Shown: positions 58,659-64,000 of the stretch, one piece after another
Layout of the letters: each line of letters starts with the position of its first letter
Position numbering within the stretch: position 1 is the first letter of the stretch
Assembly (NCBI GenBank): GCA_963808235.1
Contig: CAWEEQ010000002.1
Span: 160,001-224,000, forward strand
Direction: 5' to 3'
Origin: an uncultured delta proteobacterium
Lineage (GTDB): Bacteria > Desulfobacterota > Binatia > Binatales > Binataceae
Length of the DNA: 64,000 bases
Notes under the pieces: generated by a model
Databases searched by the model: none
Told to the model about the DNA's origin: nothing
The model's input: the letters and a program-made list of their open reading frames with translations, nothing else
Translations under genes and position numbers: made by a program

Positions 58659-58847
58659 ATGAAGAAAGTTGAAGCTATCATTCGGGCGGCCAAGCTTGAC
58701 AGCATACGAGATGCGTTGGCTCGAATGGGCGTCAGCGATGTTACGGTCGAGCCACACTTTTCGTCCGGATTTAAGATCGCTGTGATCGTTTCAGACGAGA
58801 TTACGTCTCAAGTTGTGAATACAATCGAATCGATGGCCCTCCATTAG
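58659..58847 (+). CDS. Miniature PII-like protein (T-loop and C-terminus missing)
   Basis: MKKVEAIIR..KLD..RDAL..MGV..VTV, then KIAVIVSDE...VVNTI; 62 aa. Confidence 0.65.
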   Translation: MKKVEAIIRAAKLDSIRDALARMGVSDVTVEPHFSSGFKIAVIVSDEITSQVVNTIESMALH

Positions 58848-59250
58848 CCAGCTTCGAAATTCAAACGGGCCAGCGCGCCTCTACGCTAGCCCGCTGCTGA
58901 CCGAGCGGGGATCAGCACTCAGCCGACAATTTCGCAATTACTAAATTTTCGCGTACGCGTCTATTAGGATCGAAAACGGGCCAGCCCATGAGAGAACACT
59001 AGCCCGAGCGCAGACTGGCAAATGGGGGGCAAAAAACCAGCCAATGCCTGCTTCTGTACTAAATTGCCGCGCGAGCGTCTATCGGACTATCATTTCGAGT
59101 GTATGTTTGGTGTTTCCGTTTCGGGTAGGTCATCGCGAGCACTCGGTTCGATGCATAGTGATTGCGGGGTCGCCTTTTGCCCCGGGCTGACGCCATTGTT
59201 TTGGCCCAAATTGATTTTCAATGCTCACAAGGGAAACTGGAGGAGTATGT

Positions 59251-59598
59251 TTAGCGAATAGGACTGTCCTTTTTTCGCTCAAGGCGAAGATCATTTGTTG
59301 AAGCACATTTCATCTGGGCCGAGGCTTTGTAGGTCGCAATTCTCTTCTGGTCTACTTGTGCATCGTTATTTGCTGCCGACCACAAATCACTTTCCTCACT
59401 GTCCCGTGAGTCTCGTTGCCGTTTTCGCCTTTCTCTTTCGCACTGACTAGCTGAATCAAAAGTGTTTTCAGTTCTCCACTTCCACAATGGCGCTTTTAGA
59501 TCGATCAACGGCTGATCGGGTCCACGGACTGACAATATCGGCGGCGATAGGAGAACCCAACCCAACAGGACGATCATCGCACCGTGACGGTGAGCCAT
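59251..59598 (-). CDS. Small exported hypothetical protein
   Basis: Hydrophobic N-terminus; GW.LL.PP..APL.KW....FDSA..C...C...D.RL with two Cys. Confidence 0.55.
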   Translation of the reverse strand: MAHRHGAMIVLLGWVLLSPPILSVRGPDQPLIDLKAPLWKWRTENTFDSASQCERERRKRQRDSRDSEESDLWSAANNDAQVDQKRIATYKASAQMKCASTNDLRLERKKDSPIR

Positions 59599-59940
59599 TA
59601 GCAAAAGTCTACCATATGAAAGTGGAGCAGAGAAACTCTCCGCGAGTGGCTCCTTGATTGGGCCAGTGTGCCTGAGACCACACCTGGCATACCATTTGCC
59701 CACCCAGACCATAAGACACAGATATCCAATTGCACGTGGGCAGGGCGCCGCAAAGGCCGTGCGCGGGCGTTTGCCCGGATCAAACGCCTTGCCTTGGGGT
59801 CTTGGTGCGCATTTGCCAGCAGGTCTTTAAGCGCCCGCGAGTCGAGCGAACAATTCACCGTGATCACCTGAAATGGATCCGACGATCCGCTCATATCTAT
59901 CCCTGACGTTCTACATGCGTCTTGGTTTTTCCCGGAGAAC

Positions 59941-61658
59941 CTAAGCTCCCTCCGGCCAAGGTGGCCAAGGGAAATAAGGGGGAATTGGGTCGGGCAAGAA
60001 GTACCAGCGGTGTCCCTCAGGCACCTGTGGCAGCGGGAGTGGGCACATTCGCGTAGGATAGTGCGAAGGAAGACCAGGTGGCTCCTCTGGGGGTAGCAGA
60101 ACACCTCCGTTAGGGTCGTAATCAGGATTCGAAGGCGGGTACCACCACTGAATCGGTTCGTGCGGTGGAACGCTCAGTCCGGATGGATCGGGGAAAATTA
60201 TGGGGTTATTCAGGGCATAGCTATACAGATTTGGTCCTCCCCTAGCGAATCCGGTCGGATCCTGCGCGATGAACCTCTGGAACGTGGGGCTGTAATATCT
60301 CGCGCGGTTGAAGTACAACCCCGTGCTGTCGTTTTCCCGGCCGGTGAACTCGTAGCTGCTGCCGTTGGCGACGCCGCTGATGGTTGTGGCCCCGAATGGC
60401 TGGTACGTGTAGCTGGTTGCGATGCTCTGTGCCGAGCCAACGAGTCCGATCGTCGAGCCCAACGTGTCCTGCAGCAGTGTCGAAACATTGTTGCTGGAAT
60501 CCGTTCGCGTGAAGTACTCATCGATGCGCAACCCGGTCACGAGACTGGCGACGACTCCGTCGCTGCTGTTCAGTTCCTGCACCGGATTGAACCCATCGTA
60601 GAGGAACTGGGTCGTCGTTCCCGCGACCACTTTATTCATCCTCCGTCCGAACGCATCGTACACAAAGTTCGCGGTCGATCCGCCACTCATCGCGGTCAAA
60701 TGATTGCGTGCGTCCCACGTGTAGGTATTAGTTCCGTCCGAGGTCAGATTGCCGTTGGTATCGTAGCTCAGCGTCGCGCCGTTGAAGCCGGTCATCGCAT
60801 TATCCGCATTGAAGGTGATGCCGGTCACTGTCGCAGGCATACCGGTTGACGCCAAGCTCCCGGTCTTTGCGGTCACCCGGCCGTTTGTATCGTACGAGTA
60901 GTTCAGGTTGCCCAGGTTCGAGGGTGGGCTCGAACAGCTCCCGCCCGTGCCGTACGTGAGCCCGGTTACGCGCGAGTCATTGTCGTAGCCGTAGCTCGCG
61001 ATTACGCCGTTGGGCAGCGTCAGGCAGGTGCGCCGGTTGGCATTGTCGTAGTTCATTCCCACGCTTTGACTTCCCTGGCTGATACCGGTGAGCCGGTTGG
61101 CGTTGTCAAAGGTATACGCCGCCTGGCTCTGCCCGGCCACCTGCATCGTGTCGCGCCGGCTCGCGTTGTCGTAAGTATAGTTGATGGTGCCTTGCAGCGT
61201 GGTTTCCGCCAGGAGATTATCAAGTCCGTCGTAACTGCGGTTGATCGTCCCGGCAATCGAGTCGGCCAGCCCGGTCAGTCGGTTGCCCAAATCCCAGGTG
61301 TAGCGGACGGTGCTCTCGTAGCCGCTGCCGTTGTACCCAAAACCCGCGAGCGTCCGCCGGTCGAGGTTATCGTACTGATAGACCGTGACCTTTTCCCTGC
61401 GGTCGGTGAATTGGGTCAAGTTACTGTCGGCATCGTATTGGTAGGACGCAGCCTGCCCCAACGGATCTGTGCGAGTAATTGCCCGATTGCGGCTATCGTA
61501 CGAATAGCTGGTCGTGTTCTGATTGGCGTCGGTAAGACTCAGGAAGTTCTCATTTGCGTCGTAGCTGAACGCAGTGATACCGCCAATAGAATCGATAGTC
61601 TGGGTGACGCCATCCAGAGGGTCATAGCTGAATTGGGTAGTATTTCCCAGTGGATCAA
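59941..61658 (-). CDS. Orphan RHS module (YD repeats + core + Pro-rich C-terminal extension)
   Basis: YD repeats, FTGREND.TGLYF.RARYYSP..RF..QDP and DPSGL cleavage motif. The 5' part duplicates the upstream RHS, and there is no start codon at the homology boundary. Confidence 0.85.
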
Positions 61659-61675
61659 GCTCGTGCTTTCGTAGT

Positions 61676-62104
61676 TCACTTAGAACGAGGGCCTAGCTTA
61701 TCGCCAGGCGATTTTTCAAGAGCTTGAATTTTCATCACGATCGATTCTTTTTCATCCCTCGCGATCCTGCCGGGCGGCAGAAAATGCTCATGATCGAAGG
61801 TCTTGAGCGCCTTCTTATACATATCGAGTGCAAACTGTCGATTCCCTCTGCGCGAATAGATGTCTGCCAGCATCTCATAGGATCCGTAGAACTCAGGATC
61901 TTTTGCGGTGGCTTGGCCCAAGATCAAGATCGCCCGGTCTTCGTCGCCAGACTTTTCATACTGTTGAGCCATATCAAGAGCAACCCAAGCCCAGGTTCGT
62001 GCGACACGACTAACAGCAATATGCACCAGTACAATGGCGGTGACCGCCCCGAATACAGCAGCTGCTACAATGCTAAGAAGGATCCTGCTTCTCGAAGAAA
62101 GCAA
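61676..62104 (-). CDS. Membrane-anchored TPR protein, putative RHS immunity
   Basis: N-terminal TM plus two TPR-like repeats; immediately downstream of the RHS C-terminus. Confidence 0.6.
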   Translation of the reverse strand: MLSSRSRILLSIVAAAVFGAVTAIVLVHIAVSRVARTWAWVALDMAQQYEKSGDEDRAILILGQATAKDPEFYGSYEMLADIYSRRGNRQFALDMYKKALKTFDHEHFLPPGRIARDEKESIVMKIQALEKSPGDKLGPRSK

Positions 62105-62119
62105 TGTTCTACCTACTCC

Positions 62120-64000
62120 TCAATACGAACAGTTAAGACCATCTAGCATGTAGGCTACACATTCGGTACCCAGGCCAACTTTGCGGCAGGCGCAACTCGC
62201 AACGGCGATCGGAACGCTGGCGGGTGCCCCATATTTGCTGCAGAAATCCTGCGCGCACACAGCGCTGTCTAAGTTTTTGATAAGGTCGTTCGACGGGTTA
62301 TCACATTTCTGTAACTCCGCTAGGCATTCGTTCTTCGCGGCAATAAGTTGAGATGTTCTTCTCAGCAAACTTATGCAATCAGTGACGCCTTGCCCAGACG
62401 GATCGGTGTAAGTCTGAGGACTGTTAAGAGCATATCCGTAGAGGTCGAAATCACCGCCTCGAAATTCTAACGGGTCTTGACTGACGAAACGCTGAAATGT
62501 GGGGCTGTAATACCTCGCGCGGTAGTAGTCGAGACCAGTACCGTCATTCTCGCGTCCCGTGAATTGGTACGGATTCGAGCTCGAACGTCCCAGTCATTGT
62601 TGTATTGCCGAATGGATCGTAAGTATACCAGGTCTGGATCGTTCCGCTTGAGTCGGTCAGCGCGAGTGTGCTGCCCAAGATGTCAGTAAGATAATCACGA
62701 GCACCGGTGGAGTCGGTTCGTTGGAAGTATTCGTCAACACCGAGCCCCGTAACCAGATTTGCGCTCGGGGCGCCATTCTGGAGTTCCTGAACAGGATTCA
62801 AGCCGTCGTAAAGGAACTGCGTAGACGTACCATTGATCGTCTTTTGGGCGCGGCGCCCATCGGCATCGTACAAGAAGCTCGAGGTGTTTGATCCTGTGAT
62901 CCCGGCCAGGTGATTTCGCGCGTCCCACGTATACGTGTTCGCACCATCGTTCGTCAGGTTGCCGTTGGCGTCGTAGGTGAGCGGCGTACCGTTGAAGGCC
63001 GTCATTTCGTTCGCTGCGTTGAATGTATTACCGGCCACAACTGCGGGCAGCCCATTTTGCGCGAAGCTGCCAGTCTTTTGAGTCACCCGGCCCTCTGCGT
63101 CATAGGAGTATTCGAGATCGCCCACCGCGCTGCTTCCCAACTTCCAATTCATTGCCGTCACACGCGAATCATTGTCATAAGTATACGTCAGCACGATCCC
63201 GTTGGGCAGCGTCAGTGTGGTCCTTCGGTCGGCGTTATCATAACCGAACGGGATCGAGGTGGTTCCCTGAGTAATTCCGGTCAGCCGATTCGTGTTGTCC
63301 CAGCTATAGGACACATTGGGTTGGCCGACAACGGTCATCGATTGACGCCGCCGAGCGATATCATAGGTGTAGCCTATCTCGCCCTGAGCCGTCTGCTCGT
63401 CGGTCAAGTCGTCCAGGCCATCGTAAGTCCGTGCGATCGTTCCCGCGATCGAGTCGGTCAGCCCGATGACGCGGTTGCCCAGATCCCAGGTGTAGCCGAT
63501 AGTGCTCTCGTAGCCGCTGCCGTTATACCCGAAGCCCGCAAGCGTCCGCCGATTGAGGTTATCGTACTGATAGACCGTGACCTTCCCCCGGCGGTCGGTG
63601 AATTGGGTCAAGTTACTGCCAGCATCGTACTGGTAGGACGCAGCCTTCCCCAAGGGATCTGTGCGAGTAATTGCCCGATTGCGGCTATCGTAGGTGTAGC
63701 TGGTCGTGTTCTGGTTGGCGTCGGTAAGACTCAGCAAATTCTCGTTTGCGTCATAGCTGAAGGCGGTAATGCCGCCAATAGGGTTGACAATCTGGGTGAC
63801 GCCGTTCACCGGGTCATAACTGAATTGCGTAGTATTCCCCAGTGGATCAATCAATGAAAGGGTCCGTCCGGCCGCATCAGCAAACCGCCTCTGCGTATTC
63901 CCCAGAGGATCGGTGATTGATGAGAAATCTCCAAAACTATAGGCAAAAAGGGTGGTGTCGCTCGCGGGATCCGTGACCGACAGTGGCTGTCCTTCGGAGT
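62120..64000 (-). CDS. RHS/YD-repeat protein (5' end beyond the window), +1 frameshift near 62585, Cys-rich C-terminal domain
   Basis: Frame is open to the window end. An extra base in ACG TTC GAG, when removed, restores SSSNPYQFTGRENDGTGL.YYRARYYSP..DPSG and joins ORF 62120..62368. Confidence 0.85.

Overview
GC-rich bacterial DNA. The gene style resembles soil Candidatus Binatota/deltaproteobacteria-like genomes, which is an impression and not proven. Positions 1-23.6 kb are mostly housekeeping: L,D-transpeptidase, fused acyl-CoA carboxylase, ppk1, argE-like, prs, a metal ABC/outer-membrane uptake operon led by a DUF2946/RAPP leader, a UGA-containing rhodanese, an OPT transporter and a Ni transporter. 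From 23.7 kb the window is accessory. It carries three truncated tRNA remnants (Val, Leu, Ala) around an AbiEi/AbiEii toxin-antitoxin pair, and five copies of a ~100-240 bp tRNA-headed dispersed repeat that separate unrelated cargo blocks. It also holds a capsid-less phage/satellite-like element (int, xis, rep, cos-like site, ParB-MTase, terS). That element is followed by a tightly coupled operon of DNA methyltransferase, GHKL ATPase/histidine kinase, response regulator and ComEC-type MBL nuclease, the best candidate for an uncharacterised defence system. The rest comprises a lipoprotein/patatin cluster, ABC permeases, a deiodinase-like selenoprotein with two in-frame UGAs, a mini-PII and an RHS toxin with an orphan module. 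Several single-base lesions could be real pseudogenisation or assembly error. All family calls come from motif recognition by eye; no database searches were run.
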